The translations under genes and the position numbers were made by a program. A stretch of 64,000 bases of DNA from Bigelowiella natans CCMP2755 (Eukaryota > Protista > Cercozoa). Below, one piece after another: positions 36,543 to 50,963 of this stretch (the stretch's first letter is position 1; every line of letters starts with the position of its first letter). The notes under the pieces are model-generated. The model was not told the DNA's origin and searched no databases. It worked only from the letters and a program-made list of their open reading frames with translations. The stretch is taken from assembly GCA_000320545.1 (NCBI GenBank), contig ADNK01000422.1, positions 1 to 64,000 on the forward strand, in the 5' to 3' direction.

Positions 36543-37415
36543 AGTACGCACTTGCAAGCATCACTGCTCATCATCTCCTCCTCCTTTTCTTCTTCTTGTT
36601 CTTTTTCTTTTTCTTCTTCGCAATGTAACAGGTCTTCCATGGCGGGTATAGCTGAGAAGATCTCTGAAGAGACAGGAATGGAGATAAAGGTATGAACAAG
36701 AAGAGAAAGTATAAAAAGCTGTTGTATTAGTAGTTGTAGTAATAAGAAGAAGTCTATCGTGCGTTTTCTCATCACATCATGTGAAAAGAACGAATGAATA
36801 TTTATAATAATAATAATAATAATAGTAACAATAATAATATTAATAATAATAGGTTCTTAGCGGCGAGGAATGCGAGAAGATGGGTATGGGATCGTACCTT
36901 GGGGTGGCACAGGTCGTACTAGAAGTAGTAGTAGTAGTAAATACCAAAAATACTTATCGATTGCTCTCATCCCACTTCTACCTCAATATTGCTGGAGATA
37001 TAAGCCTATCAGCATATTGTTTGCGTTTGTTGTTGTTGATTATTTGTGTTTACTGGCGTGGTTTCCTATTACTCAACCCAGGGTGCAATAGAGCCTCCTA
37101 AGTTTATTCATATGACGTACAAACCATCCGGTAGTAGTGAGACTTAATTAAGAGGGGTAGGAGCAACGGGTGGGAGGAAAGCTGTTCGCTATTTTATGCG
37201 TCCTGCTTTGAAGAAGGCAAGGGCAGAATAATAAATCTTCTTTTCATCCTCTTGCGTTTCTCTCTTGTTTCTTATCCCCCCCCCCCCCCCCCTCCCCCCT
37301 TTTCTGCCGAATTCCAATAACCGAACACAGGAGAAGTGAAGTCTAAGATCGCACTGATTGGGAAGGGCCTGACATTTGACTCTGGTGGATATAATCTGAA
37401 GGCTGGAGCGGTATT

Positions 37416-37451
<36 letters not shown>

Positions 37452-37634
37452 GTGATGGCGACGAGGATGATGAAGATGATGATGATGATGTCGATCATCA
37501 GCGAAGTTTTCTTGTTTACTTTTACTATATAAGCAGCTTGGTGCCTATTTCATCATCATCAAATTTAATGAACCTAGGGTTCCATGATTGAGCTGATGAA
37601 ATTCGATATGGGAGGATCAGCAGCTGTCCTAGGT

Positions 37635-37677
<43 letters not shown>

Positions 37678-38022
37678 TAGAAATACATATGCATATATAC
37701 ATAATACTTCAGGAGCCGCGCAATCGATTGGAACTCTTAAGCCAGAGAACGTCGAGGTTCACTTCATTGTGGCTGCGTGCGAAAACATGCTCTCCGACAG
37801 GTGATGATGATCTTTCTTGTTTATTTTCTCCTCCCTAAGCTCCTAATCCATCACAAAATTCTTATCACAGAGCAATGCGTCCTGGAGATATTCTCACTGC
37901 AAGCAATGGCAAAACGATTGAGGTAATAACAGCATTCACTTACAACGCCATCATCCTATAGATCATAATTATCGATCATCGACTTTGCTACCTCTGCTGC
38001 TACCACTGCTACTCTCGGTGTT

Positions 38023-38055
<33 letters not shown>

Positions 38056-39534
38056 TAGGTCATAAACACGGATGCGGAAGGGCGTCTAACGTTGGCAGAT
38101 GCACTGATTTATGCTGAGGACTTAAAGGTGTCGGCAGCAGCAGCAGCAGCAACAGTAGTCTAGAGATGATGATGATGATGAAGATGACATCATACAATGT
38201 CGCATATTTCTTAAGAACCCTTTAGGTTGAAATAAGTTACTTGCTTTAACCTCTCCGTTGATTATTGTGTAGTTGATTTATTACCTTTTACTCATTGTCT
38301 TCATCTCCACTGATAGGTTGACAAAATCGTGGATCTGGCTACACTCACCGGTCATCTTCAAGATTACTCCGAAAAAATGAATTTGATGATGATAATTATT
38401 CTGCATCACTGTTGTTTGAGCCGCTAGATCAATACTCATAGTGCAGTTATGATATACTTCTGCTACTACTGCTGCTGTAACAAATCATTAGGCGCCTGCA
38501 TTATCTCGCTTGGAAATGATTACGCTGGTCTCTGGTCTTCCGATGACGCATTAGGTAGTAGGTGCTATTATTAGTGGTTGCTCATGTTTATTACATTCCT
38601 ATCGACATAAAGCACACCCTTTCACTAGTCCATGTACGCATATTCTCTTTCTTATTGATTTCCCTCCCTCCCTCCCTCCCTCCCTCTCATGAAGCTGCAC
38701 AGCTTGAAGAAAGTGCTAAGAGTTCTGGGGAAAAAGTACTTACGTTACTTAAACATGAAAGATGATGAGAAGAATAAGAAAAAGAATAAAGAAGAAGAAA
38801 TGGTAGAGGGGGAGGTGCAGGAATACTTATTATCATCATTCTGAGAAGCAATTGGTACCTCCTAATGTAGATCTGGAGAATGCCTCTCGTGGAAGGCTAC
38901 AAGGAAGAGCTTAAGGTTGAGAAGATGACCAAAACGACTCCTCCTCCTCCTCCTCCTCCTCCTCCTCCTCCTCGTAACTCTAGTAGTGAGAGATGGCATA
39001 GGTTCATAATAATACCATTCAATCTAACGCTGCTCTCACATCTCCTCCATGTAGTCGAACATTGCAGACCTGAAGAACGTTGGTGGAAGAGCTGGAGGAT
39101 CTATCACAGCTGCCTTGTTCCTCAAAGTAGTAGTTGTAGTAGTAGTAGTAGTAGTAGTAGTCAATCAATGCACCGCTCGCAAGGGATGGATACTGACATA
39201 ATTTCATCTATGATAATTGCGTGCCGTAGGAATTCGTAAAGTCAACCCCATGGGCTCATATTGACATGGCAGGACCTGTGTGGGATGGAAAAGTATGATG
39301 TCTATAGTTTGAACAATATTGTAATAAAAATTATTTTATTCTATGTGTGAATAACAATTGTACGAATAATTATATCATTATTATTATAATTGTTATAATT
39401 TTTATAACGATTTTGTGAAAGGCAATTCCTTTGGCAAGATTTTGACACTTATGTTGCAATTGTAGGCCGGTGGATCTACCGGTTTCGGAGTTCGCACATT
39501 GGTGGACTTTGTCGACGCACACGCAACAGCATGA
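34064..39534 (+). CDS. LAP: Leucine aminopeptidase, M17 family (plant/cyanobacterial-like), with a bipartite targeting presequence; many introns
   Basis: [80 protein letters not shown]; stop TGA 39532-39534. Confidence 0.95.
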
Positions 39535-40704
39535 AAGTACTTAACTCGATAAATTTTGTCCCGAGCTCCGACAGCAACAATGTAAAGGCGGTTAGTTGAT
39601 AGGCAATGGCAGTGCCCAAGAGAAGTACCCTTCTTTGATGGATTTTCTGCTTGCGACAAAACCATTTTCTTCTGACCTATTCAAGCTAGCACATTGATGT
39701 TGCTTAGATGTGTCGACCCTCGATGTTTCACGAATGAGGCTTTTTTGAAAACTGCATCAAGCGTGACTGAATTGATCTGTGATAGACTCAAATCGGCGCA
39801 CGTATTTGTACATCACTAGATCATCGCATGCATGCATGCCTAACTAGCTAGCTAGTCAGCATCATGATTTAGTGATGCACGTCGATCTGCAAATGCACAC
39901 TCTAGCACTGCTAGACTGCCCAGTGCTAGACGACGCTCTGGCGCTAGCACACATTCGTCGCATCATTAGTGCAGGTCGCTGCGTGCGAACGATGAGCACA
40001 ATGCATGCATCAAAAATTGTTGTGTGATCTAGTGATCAACGAGACGCGCAATCATCATCTGCTAGCCTGTGCCGGGCGGGCTGCAAAGTTTCTGGATTCA
40101 GAGATGTTCAAGTGCTGTGATGTTCAGTGATGAGTGACGATCGCGGCTGGTCGTTCAAAAGTGCACTTTGAAGCCAGAGCTTGAGAGGGCCATTGCATGT
40201 GAGACGGATGCAATGAAGTGATCAAATCTTTTCAATGGTCATCCTGATGCAGCCATGCTGGCATGCAAAGCAGCGGCTGCAGCTAGGCAGCGCTCAGGTC
40301 GTTGCTAGCGTTGCACGTGCAACGTGCAATTGCCTTGAGGAGCTGGATAGCTTTTGCACTGTGCGTGAAATTTGGGTGCATGTGGCACATGCATGCACGT
40401 TGCTACTTGTCAATGCGTTCGTGGGTGTGAAGAAGAAGAAGAGGTGCACTTCAGTTGTGATCGGGTGTGAGTTCAGATTGTAAGGATGGAATACTATGGA
40501 ACAGATTTGCCAAATTAATAAATACGATATGTCAGTTTAGTTGTCGCTGTATCTAGATCAACAGTGTTTATGGTTCCATTCTAAATATAGAAAAGCAACT
40601 TATGTTGAACAGAACGTTAAGTACTTTACTTTCCGTAGGTCATCAGTCGCCTACCCCTCGTTGGCGACGTAGGAGGAACCATGAATAATGAATGAGCGAT
40701 GTGA

Positions 40705-43700
40705 ATGGAAATTCCTCTATGTTACCATAAAACCCAAAGCTGTATGCTAGTGGCCTCTCGACTCCCCTGGGTCTTTTTGTTACTCCTTACAACTTCCGGA
40801 CGTGGCTCGTATGCTGTACAGCCAAGCGAGCCACCACCATGGGCTGACCCGACTTCATGTCGGGGAGGAGAGTCTAATGCGTTTGAGGGAAGAGGAGAAA
40901 ATTTTGCGGAATTGATTCAGCTTGGTGAACGAAATGTTACAAGAAATGAAGAGGACGGATACGAAGAGAACGTCTCTAACAGCAGGAATCGAACGATGTG
41001 GTTGTTCTGCGACCCCTTCAAGATGACTTTACGATGGGAGGCAGAAGAACTTAATCGGTAATAACTACCACAATAAATTTTGAAAGTTACCTATATGAAT
41101 GCACGCAGTATTATGAAGTCAAGCAGTTAAAGTTGAATCATTAAAATATTAGTACTACCACTCATTGCTCTGCTATCATTCTTAATATTAGGCAACTCCT
41201 CCTTATACTACGACGCCCAGTCGAAGGTTGTGACGGTGATGGCTTTCGGATATCCATACTGATTGGGGATAGAAGCCGGGAAAAGAGGAGGAGGAGAAGG
41301 AGGACAAGAACTGCTCCTTTCTCGGTGTCACGGTACCACCAAATGAGCTCATCGTACAGGAGAAGGAAGAAGAAGGAGCGCGTAAATAGAAATGGATGTG
41401 ACGACGATGATGATGATGGTGATAATGAGGATAATGATGGCGAGAACTCGATACACGAGGATGCTACAGATGTGTTCTTCTTTCCGCATCATAATCGAAC
41501 ATTGGAATTACCACGAAGAAGCAGTAGCAGCAGATCAAATGAGCAGGAGCTGTCATATTCATCAATACTTCGCAGCAAGCGATCTAAGACCATTTTATAT
41601 CCATCAATTCTTCCGTACGGGGTATACATCTGCTGGGCGTTTCAACCAAAAAATGATAATGATGATGATGATGATGATGATGATGTCCCTGTGCTACCCG
41701 ATCCATCTCCTTCTCCAGACTCTCGCTCAATGCACGAATATAATCCCTGAATCTTATTGTTACTGGTATAATTTTCTGTTACTAAAACCAGGCAAGACTC
41801 TATGCGCAATCACTGTTCAAGGAATGGTATAATGGAGGTGAGGATGAGAATGATGGAGGCGGGGGAAGCACCAAATGTCCAAGTCGGTGAACGAATAGAT
41901 AATACACCCTGACCACCGCGTTAGATTGACTCAAGTGAGCGCGTGCGCTCTTCTGTGCGGATGTATTCGTGCGTATCTTACTTTGGTGCGTGCATTGACT
42001 TCAGGAGGGGTTATAGTGCTCTCAACCCAATCACGACACCTTGGTTGGCATTTCCTTAACACGGAAGGCTTGACATTCAATTTTGATGTCAAGGCGAGGT
42101 TATTTATTATAGCAACATCTATTTTATCTTTCATCACCCTTTCTTGTTATTTGTTCGGGGGTCATTCATTATTAAAGGCAGTGTTGTGTTCTTCCCCTTC
42201 TGCTGTTGTGCTATTCTTCTTCATTGATATAACTAGCTATTGTTTCCATCGTGCAAAGTCCTCTCGCACGACACTACTAGCTCAATTTCACTCTTTCAGC
42301 TATAAGCTCCTGAGCAATTTTCTAAGATGTCTAGTTCGTTTTATCGATGAGGAGGAGTTTCTACCCCTGGTAATACATACTATTTAGAGCAGCAGCAGCA
42401 GCAGCAGCAGAGTGTACTAACGATTTCCATCACCATCATCATGATACAGCATGCTATATTTATCTACACTGTTTTTGTCTTGCAGGATGGTGATGATGAC
42501 GACGGCCATGGTGGCTACTACATGATTGATGATACCCAGCACTACCACCAACCAAGCCTGACCGTTAAAGATAATCGAACCAGCGCTGTTACTACTAGTG
42601 TAGATGATGATGACGATCAAGACTACGACGACAATGGCAGCAACGATGCTGCTGATAAGCTACCATTGCTAGACTTTGACGACAATGACGACGAGGAGGA
42701 GTTTGAAAAAAATTATAAAAGATCAGAGGAGGCATTCTTGGGTGACGATGGTTACGACAAAGAGAGCCGAGACCACGACGTCGGAGAAAATGCTGCTGGT
42801 GGTGAGGAAGAGGGTACACAGCGCTTTGTCTTATCGAACGGATTCAATCAGGCTGCTGCAGCTTCTGCTGATGATGATGATAATGACGATGATGGTGGTG
42901 GTGACGTGATCGAAAAAAAAAGTAGTTATAATGGCACTGCTACTCCTCCTCCTCCTACTACTACTACTACACCCTTGGAGCAAATTCGTGTAGGCAGTGC
43001 CCATAGTGAAGGTGGTAGCAATGGGGTTACTTCTCGCCAGTCAACAGATAAGCACTATTCGAGATGTACCAGCAGCAGCCGTGAAGAAGATCAAAACAAA
43101 GAAATTGATCAAATAGGAGTGTTAAACAGTGACGCTCAAGGAAGGGTCGGAGTGTCATCCGTCAACTTGCTTAATTTAGAGAATAATGGTGACAACAATT
43201 ATAACGACGATGAATCGTTAACAGAGGTAGCTATAGTAGTCACATCAGCCCCAACCTTGGCTTCAGTGGATTCATCGCCAGATGCTGCAAGTGAAAATGC
43301 GGAGGATCTCTCCTCCTCCCATCATCATACGCATCATCATCCAAACGAGGATAAAAGCAACAACAGTGGCAGTAATATCAACAGCAAAAACAACGGCAAA
43401 TCGAAGGGAGGCAATAGTAGTAGTAGTAGTAGTAGTAGCAGTAGTAGTAGTTCAAAGGAGCCAACAAGTTATCCTACGAGGTCACCAAGCCCAGCTCCGA
43501 CTGTAAAGCCAACAAATCCTACACGATTCCCTACCAACCAGCCAACCTCTCCCACCCCACAGCCTACATCATTTCCTACCCAAGGAGCTACTACTCCTAC
43601 TACCACTTCTACTAGTGCTAAAACGACTGCTAGCCCGACAGCTGTAGCTCAGAGGTACTATTAGTAGTATTCTGCAGCAATACTGTGCGACTACTCAAAT

Positions 43701-43753
43701 AATTACAAATTTACCACGTTTGTTTGTTCGTTCCTTCTCCCCCCCCCCCCCCC

Positions 43754-43788
<35 letters not shown>

Positions 43789-44308
43789 TGTCCCTCCCCC
43801 TCCAGTGGTATTATCAGCCCCCCTCTTCCGCCTCCTGCTCTCCCCCCCCCTGCTGCTCCTCTTCCTGGTACTCCTACTACACCACCACAAGAAGGGCCAG
43901 GAGGAGCTCAAACGACGACGAAGACTAATAAGGGCAATACAAAGCAAGCAGCATGGAAGCGATGGCTTTGGTAACTAAACATGTGTTTACGGTGCATGAT
44001 TAAATCAAGAGGATAATGATATCAGTATATCATCCTCATTCTAAAATACATCTTCATGCACACAAAAACAGGGTATGCGTTCCTATGATCGTGATTGTGA
44101 TCTTTGGATTCGCGCTACTCTCCGCGGGCTGGGGACAGGACTCTAGTAAGCAAGCATTTATATAATTTAGAATCTCATTATGAGTCGTGGTGGAGCAACG
44201 TCGTCCGTAATATATCTGAATATGATACGGAAAGGTATGAATTGGGTCTCTCATTCTGTAGCTCCCTACGGTAGAGCAGGTGAGGAGGAATCGAATTCTA
44301 CGAGAAAG

Positions 44309-44343
<35 letters not shown>

Positions 44344-44991
44344 CACCGAAATCACCTCTGAAATGACCATGTTTCTTCTTTTTGCCTTCCATACTGTCCA
44401 TCGAAGACCCTTTGCGGAAGATGGGCGGCGTTTACGAGAAATCTGCATTACGAGATACATTGGAGCGAGACTACGTCACTTTCGCACATGAAACTGCTTC
44501 AAGCAGAACCCAGTAATAAAAACAAAACGACTTCTCAATTACAATAATCGTTACAGAAGTTATCATCCATTTCTTACTTGAATTTTAATATTATGCATCA
44601 GATGGAGGGATATGAATTATAACCGTTGGCATACCGAGACGAAATTAAACTCCGAAGCATATGGTTTGGCAGACGATGGGTAATTGGGTCCAAAATTGTT
44701 GTTTCTGCATAGAATGACTCGATGCGTTCATCCAAAAGGAAAGAAATAAGAACTGATCTAGTGCACGTTCGATCTCGAATGCAATATCTTTGTAGATTTT
44801 ACTATCCTACTGATGACTACATAGCTTTCTCCAATCCTGTCGCTGATTCAGAGAAGGTTTGTACGAGTTAAGTGCATTTAAAGTCAAATATTCTAAATCA
44901 AAGCCACTTTCTCTAGGAGGGCGACAAAGCTGGAGACACATTGGCGACTAAAGCAGACGCTGAAAAGAAAAACAAAAATCTTAGTGTATAG
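40705..44991 (+). CDS. Predicted type I membrane glycoprotein with acidic low-complexity and mucin-like PT-repeat regions
   Basis: Hydrophobic N-terminus (LPWVFLLLLTT), 407-aa acidic exon ending in PTSYPTRSPSPAPTVKPTNPTRFPT repeats, TM exon WVCVPMIVIVIFGFALLSAGW (about 44070-44145), short cytosolic exons to TAG at 44989-44991. Confidence 0.6.
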
Positions 44992-45049
44992 GAACACAAT
45001 ACTAGAGCGAAGGATCTGGATTTATAGTTTATCAGCGTCAGAAACCCTT

Positions 45050-45620
45050 TTAGACTTCTCTAGTTCCAGACTTCTAGACTTGTACAATGATTTGTTAAGA
45101 TACGAGCTGTCCTATGAAAACTGAAGCTAGCTAGTCTAGTCTAGCTAGCTAGTAGTGTTAATCGTACTAGCTAGCTAGCTAGCGCACGGCAAGCTAGCAA
45201 GTCTAGATTCAAACTATCTAGCTATGTTCATCATAGTGACAGTCGAACTCAAGCTAGCAAGCGTGCTAGCGTGGTATGCACTAGCTAGTTAGACAGCTAG
45301 ACAGCCTAGACAACTCGCTAGCTCGGCAGCTGCAGCTGTCTTAGTCTAGGTTTAGAGGTCTAGCTAGCTACTAGCTAGCTAGAGGTGTCTAAATGTAAAC
45401 ATCATACGCGGTGACTTGCTAGCTTATCTAGTTGTGTGAGGCGTTCGCATTGAAATGGCATGGCACGTGCGCACGTAGAGCTAGACAGGGCATGCAAGCG
45501 CACTAGATAACTAGCGAAGTCTGTTGTACATGCTAGCATGTAGATGGCCACATTAGCACACTAGCACATCTAGACATGTTAGATCCTCAGTAGTACGTTC
45601 TGTGTTGAATAAGGCATGCA
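45050..45620. repeat. CTAG/(GCTA)n-rich low-complexity island; related islands at about 6810-7300, 17440-17960, 21600-22200, 32120-32420, 39780-40400, 51250-51850 and 58310-58990
   Basis: Dense ctagctag, gctagc, tgca and catg words, e.g. gctagctagtctagtctagctagctagtag. Confidence 0.8.
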
Positions 45621-45637
45621 AATGTTGTGTTCGCAGT

Positions 45638-48600
45638 TCAACTTTTGATGCTCAATCTAGATTTTGAAATTTCTTCGAATGCAATTTTAGCTTCATCGCG
45701 AGCTTTTCTAACCTTGAAGTATGCAAATATTTTCAAAATATATCCATGTCATCATGTGACGGTGCTTCTCTTTCACATGCACACTCAGCACATATGTGAA
45801 CACACTCATTTAATTCGCAGATGTAGTGTCACATATTCATGTGAAATCAAGATAAAAATACATCGTAGAATGTGCACACATGTTGAATGGAACCGCATTG
45901 GTACCATGAACATTTTCGCGGGTGTCAGTGCAGTTCCATCTTACCTTTCTCTGCAAAATGTCAATCTCAGCGACAATGGCGATAGACGCGGCAGCCAACT
46001 CATCCTCCCTTGTGAGCTCTGATCCGTCAGAACTCTGAAATACCCAATTGAGAAGTTATATTTTTGTATGAATCGCAGCTCAATCGTGACTGTTGCTTTG
46101 AAACATATCCAAGTCAACTTAAATCAAAATAATGAGTATCATATTAACTCCAATTTGAGGATTTGTGTGTGCAATATTTTTTTGGAAGTGTAGGTCAACC
46201 GCTATTTCGCTCTGTCTCTGTTTCTCTGCCATCCGTTTGTGCAGCACTTTCTCGACGAACATATCTACTGGGCTCACTTTTCGAGCATGCTTTTGACTGG
46301 TTGTATCTATTTTTAATGATCCCTTAATTTCTGGTCTCGTGATCTTACTTTCTTTTCCTCCAGTTTTGAATGAAGTCGCAGATGTCCTTACTTGAAGTTG
46401 GAGTTTCCTTTTCTCTAAACCACCAGAACCAATCTCATCCTGACATGTGTTAAAAATTACATCGAATCGTCTGAGTATTGCGATTATCACCCTAAGATTT
46501 GGGGAATTGGCCCATCGTCCCTCGAATGGCTCTCTGGATATGACGTAATTCATTTTTCTCCAAGATAACAAATAAACACTGAAATTACGTTGTCTCCATT
46601 CGCTGTTTCTTATTCATCATCCAAGCTGCAAGCTGATTGAAATGTCGAAATGTCGTAGATGAAATTAATATCAAAGAATAACAACTTTGAGAATAGAACG
46701 AACTACTCTGATGGTTCGAGCCACCCATCGTTTGCGAGAAGCCTTGATGAAAGTATTAACAATGAAATAGTGTTGAGATTTCTTATTAGGGTGTACATAC
46801 CTTTAAGTCTTGCAGCATTTTCGTTTGACGTCTCGCAAGCATTGCCTAAAACATTAGTTAGACATAGGAAATTATGATTGAAAGAATATTTGATGAAACC
46901 ATAGTTTACTATATCCTACCTGAGAAAGCTTGAATTGTCTCTCCAGTTTGGATCGTTCAGTTTGATCTTTCTCAGCTGTGGCATCAGAGCTATTTTTGTA
47001 CTCGACCTGATATTAGGATTTATTTTAAAGTGGGCAGGGATACCACACAGAATGCTGCGTACCTTTCTGGGAACATTTCCTGCCCAATTTGAATTGTCGC
47101 TGTTTATCGATGACGACGCGGTATCCTTTGCAATTCTGAGCGCTTCTAAGCTTTCATTTAGTTGCATGATCCTAGCATTTAGGTCCAAATGAGTTGAATC
47201 CGCTTCTTCTAGCTGCTCCTCAAGTCTTGATACAGTAGAATGAAGATCGTCATTGTCCTTCTCCAACTAAAATAAGCAACTTGTTACCGAAGGTAATTGA
47301 TTTGCATTACTGTCATATTTCAGTTACAGGGATACCTAGATGTACCTGCTGGCCTACGGTAAGCAATCCATGGCATCGTGTTGTCAGTTGCTCATTTTCA
47401 TGTTGAAGTTCCTGCAGGATGGAATAATATTATAATTCTGTGTTTGATTTGTATACAAATTCTATGACCTGGACTTTTTGTCTTAATTCTTCAAGTTGAT
47501 CCTCAGGATCCATTGAACAATACAAACGACCTCGTTCTACATCCTAAAATATGACAACGTGCAAACTGAAAAAAGTGAATCCATCCGACGTATAAGTCAG
47601 ATGAGCTACTAAATGTAAAACATCAACCTCTAATTCAGTTGTAGCCAGCACTGAATTTTCCATCATTGACGGTGGCTTAGAAAATCTGTTGGTAATGCTC
47701 CCGTCCTCCTGAGATAAAATTAAGGCTTATTGATGGATACTAGTCCTGGAAATATCATCCCTCAAGTAGGGATATTTGGCTTTCTCCATGAGGGAAGGAT
47801 GTGGTATTTTTGGTACTCACCATATACGAGAAATCTATGTTCAAAGACATTGGTCCAGGCTTGGGAGATGCAATTGATTCGTCGTCTTTTGTATCGGAAA
47901 CCCGTTTCTATATAATAATATAAACGATTGGATTCTGGGAGCAAGATGTGGCAGAATACAATGTCTACTCCGAAAAAGCGTTCGTCTCCATTTTCTTCAT
48001 TTCTGACATCATGAAGCATGCTTGACGTCCATCTGTTTCAGTTTTGGTACATAAAGCGAGAAATCACTGAGTACCATTCATAGTCTTGGTATATTGGCTG
48101 ACCTCGATAGTCGGTTATCCAGACTATCTGATGCTTTCCCTTCAGATACATCAACCTCAATACATCGTTTCTTGAACTGCATGGTTATTTTTTCCCTACG
48201 TTCTCTATTGGTGTTAGCTGCCCGCACGAGTTCTTCCAAATCTTCACGGCTGAGTAGAAATCCTCAAAGCTTACCCGACCGTATGAGTCGGCATGCATTG
48301 CTTTACAGATGTCATCAACATCGTCCAAATTGGGCTAAACACATAATATTATCGTAATAATGACCGATGATTGCAGCAAGAAATAAAGCTATATTTACGA
48401 GAATGCTGTTCTACCATGAAACGCTCAATGTCAGTTTGGCTAAGCTTTCCGTCTTTATCGTGATCCATCTCTGCAGATTACCCATAAAACTTTACGTCAG
48501 TCTTCAAAATGAATTTAAAAAAATCTCATTCATGATTGCAAAAGGACTGAATGTTATTTATCACGATCAAAGAGAATCTTCCATTGCTCCTTAGATAGGT

Positions 48601-49214
48601 CGGTTCCCGCCATTGCACAGCTGTTTTGGTTCTTTGCAGAGTGTTATTGATTCCTATGACTTTTATTCACTCAAAAGCTTCGGATTCGTTGTCGTTACAC
48701 AAAGACGCCAAGGATCTTAGCCATAAATCGATAAAAGACTCTCTGGCGACACGATTTTATGCAAAACGGTTGGAAAATGATCGTACATCTTCTCAGAGCG
48801 AGTCTTAGAACATAAATGGAGGGTATTTTAGGTATACGATGTGCGATATGTAGGCGGCACAAAGCTCTAGGGGCAAAACTAATTCTTCAAGGGCCTCTTT
48901 TTCAATGTCGTAATTACAAAATCTCCATGATCGAAGCATAACTTCACGTAATGCCCTTATGTTCATGTTAACCCTCATTGTTCAAAATTGTTCAAAAAAG
49001 GGTCCCTCTAGTACCCAACGACATCATCTCACGTTGTAGAACTTGATATGGAATGAATGTTTGTTCCCAGCTCTTCCAATTAGCTGCCGCCCAGAAGGAA
49101 GATTGTGTGTAAAAAAACCTACGGATTTATAACCTGCGATGATCATCATTTAATGTCGCAGAGGATAAATCCTCCCTCGTGCACACTTTCTTCTTCCATT
49201 ATTGAGGACAGCAT
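45638..49214 (-). CDS. Hypothetical multi-exon coiled-coil protein
   Basis: Heptad-like exons (LEKDNDDLHSTVSRLEEQLEE, DPEDQLEELRQKVQ) bounded by GT-AG; last exon ...FEEISKSRLSIKS stop at 45638. 5' end uncertain. Confidence 0.5.
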
Positions 49215-49325
49215 CTCACACAAACCAAACCACTCCACGTTTAGTACAACATCAACCAGCTACTTGTATTCGCAATACTTGGAGGGCTTCTTCTCACTAC
49301 AGGGATTCCAACTAGCAGGGACAGA

Positions 49326-50870
49326 ATGAGCATGAGCGTGGCGAGGAAGATACTTGACGAAGCTTTGGCCAAGAACAGGTGTGATATATTGTTCATGATG
49401 ATGGGCTGTTCTCTGAATTTAACATTCTTAAATATTAGGTTTGTGGTTCTTCACTGCTTCAGGTTATTTACGGACAATTAAAAAATTGACATGATGATGA
49501 AAACGACGACGACAATGGTGTTACAATGGAGATGGATTACTCTGTAAAAAATCACCAGCTGTTATTGATGGAAGTTGTGAATGACATTCTCTATTTCCTA
49601 AAAGGGGCAATTGGTGACCCCCATGCAGAGGTTGGTGCGCTGCAGCATATCAGAAGCTGCCCATCCTCACAAACTCAGGTAGAAAAATCTCGGTTTTCGA
49701 GATAAGTTTTTTCGTAGATATAAATTATCCAACGTTTGAACCAAGAGCAACAACTGTGTGGATACATTTAACTTCAGTAGGGTAGTTATTATTGCTTATC
49801 CATTGTGTAAACACTGCAATTGGCCCAATATCCCATGAGCTAATAATAAATATTTTAGGGGGTACGTTGCTGCATATGACGTCTGAGAATGCAGAGGGTG
49901 CTGCAAAAATGGCTAAAAGAGTTAAGGTAAAATAGTTCATCGGTTCGAAGATTCATAGTGTCGCCATTTCTATCTTTACCACATGTCCACTGGCGTTCCA
50001 GAAATGTTGCCTTAATGGCTGGATCGAGCACGCATCCTCGATATTTTGTCATCACCCACATTTTGAAGACAGCAATTTGCGACTTCCAACTCGACCAATC
50101 TATGCGAGTTGAATATCAATTTCTTGTAGGTCGAAGGTAAGATGACCTTTTTCTCGGACTACGATAAGGAACTCTCGAAAGAGCTCAAACTGGCCATTTT
50201 AGAGTATATAAGAGCACCTAACTCATCGTTGCCGTTTTGATTTAGTAATATGAATATCTCGATGCTGAAAATCTTTGCTTCCCGAGCTGAGATGTCATCA
50301 TATAAAGATGCAAATGATAGCCGTTGTTATTGTCATGGGTTCATGATATGCATTATTATCATCACTCACCATCATTTGTATTAGTGCTGGATATGAACCA
50401 GAAAACTTCAAGGATCGGAAGATGGTTCAACCTGGCATTTTCGTATTTAACGACAAAAAAGAGATGATCTTCAAGTAAACTCTAACACCTAGCGCAATGC
50501 ATGCTCCAAGTCACACCACAATTTCACAAAGAAAATGTGTTTAAAATGAAGAAATGAAGAAGACTACATCTTCTTGTATCACACGACAGATACATAAAAG
50601 AAGGAGAAGGTCCATGGGGTCGACCACTTCCTGGTAGTCTCTTCTCCATCATCGCTGAGCACGTCAAGGCTGCTGGTGAGGGTCCCATCAGTGCAATTCC
50701 TAACGAAAAAACAAAGGATCTCCCAGTTCAGGATAAGGTGTTATTGTCGTGAACATATGTCTCACATAAATGCAGAACATGGCCTTCCATGAAAATAAAT
50801 TTTACATTCACAGAAAGCTCTTGAAGCTTTAAAGGCTGAACTTGAACCCAAGGGGCTATATCCAGAGTAA
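49326..50870 (+). CDS. Selenoprotein, AhpC/TSA (peroxiredoxin-like thioredoxin fold) with UxxC motif; 8 exons, 195 aa, Sec codon TGA at 49615-49617
   Basis: Exons 49326-49378, 49439-49462, 49605-49678, 49859-49926, 50130-50203, 50385-50474, 50590-50737, 50814-50870, all GT-AG and phase-compatible. Product FVVLHCFRGNW-U-PPCRG...TFFSDYDKELSKELKL...VQPGIFVFN...WGRP aligns by eye to AhpC/TSA FYRGxWCPxC...SD...PGxFVID...RP. SECIS downstream. Confidence 0.9.
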
Positions 50871-50963
50871 TCCGTCTGTATAGGGAGTCGAAATGCCAAG
50901 ATTGGATGAAATCATATACGGATATGGGTGCATTGTGGACAACATGAAGTCCTTTAGTTGATG

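Noticed and set aside
49245-49325. In-frame hydrophobic stretch upstream of the selenoprotein ATG as a signal-peptide exon
   Set aside because: No compatible upstream ATG/donor found and the space is crowded by the divergent gene; left unresolved.
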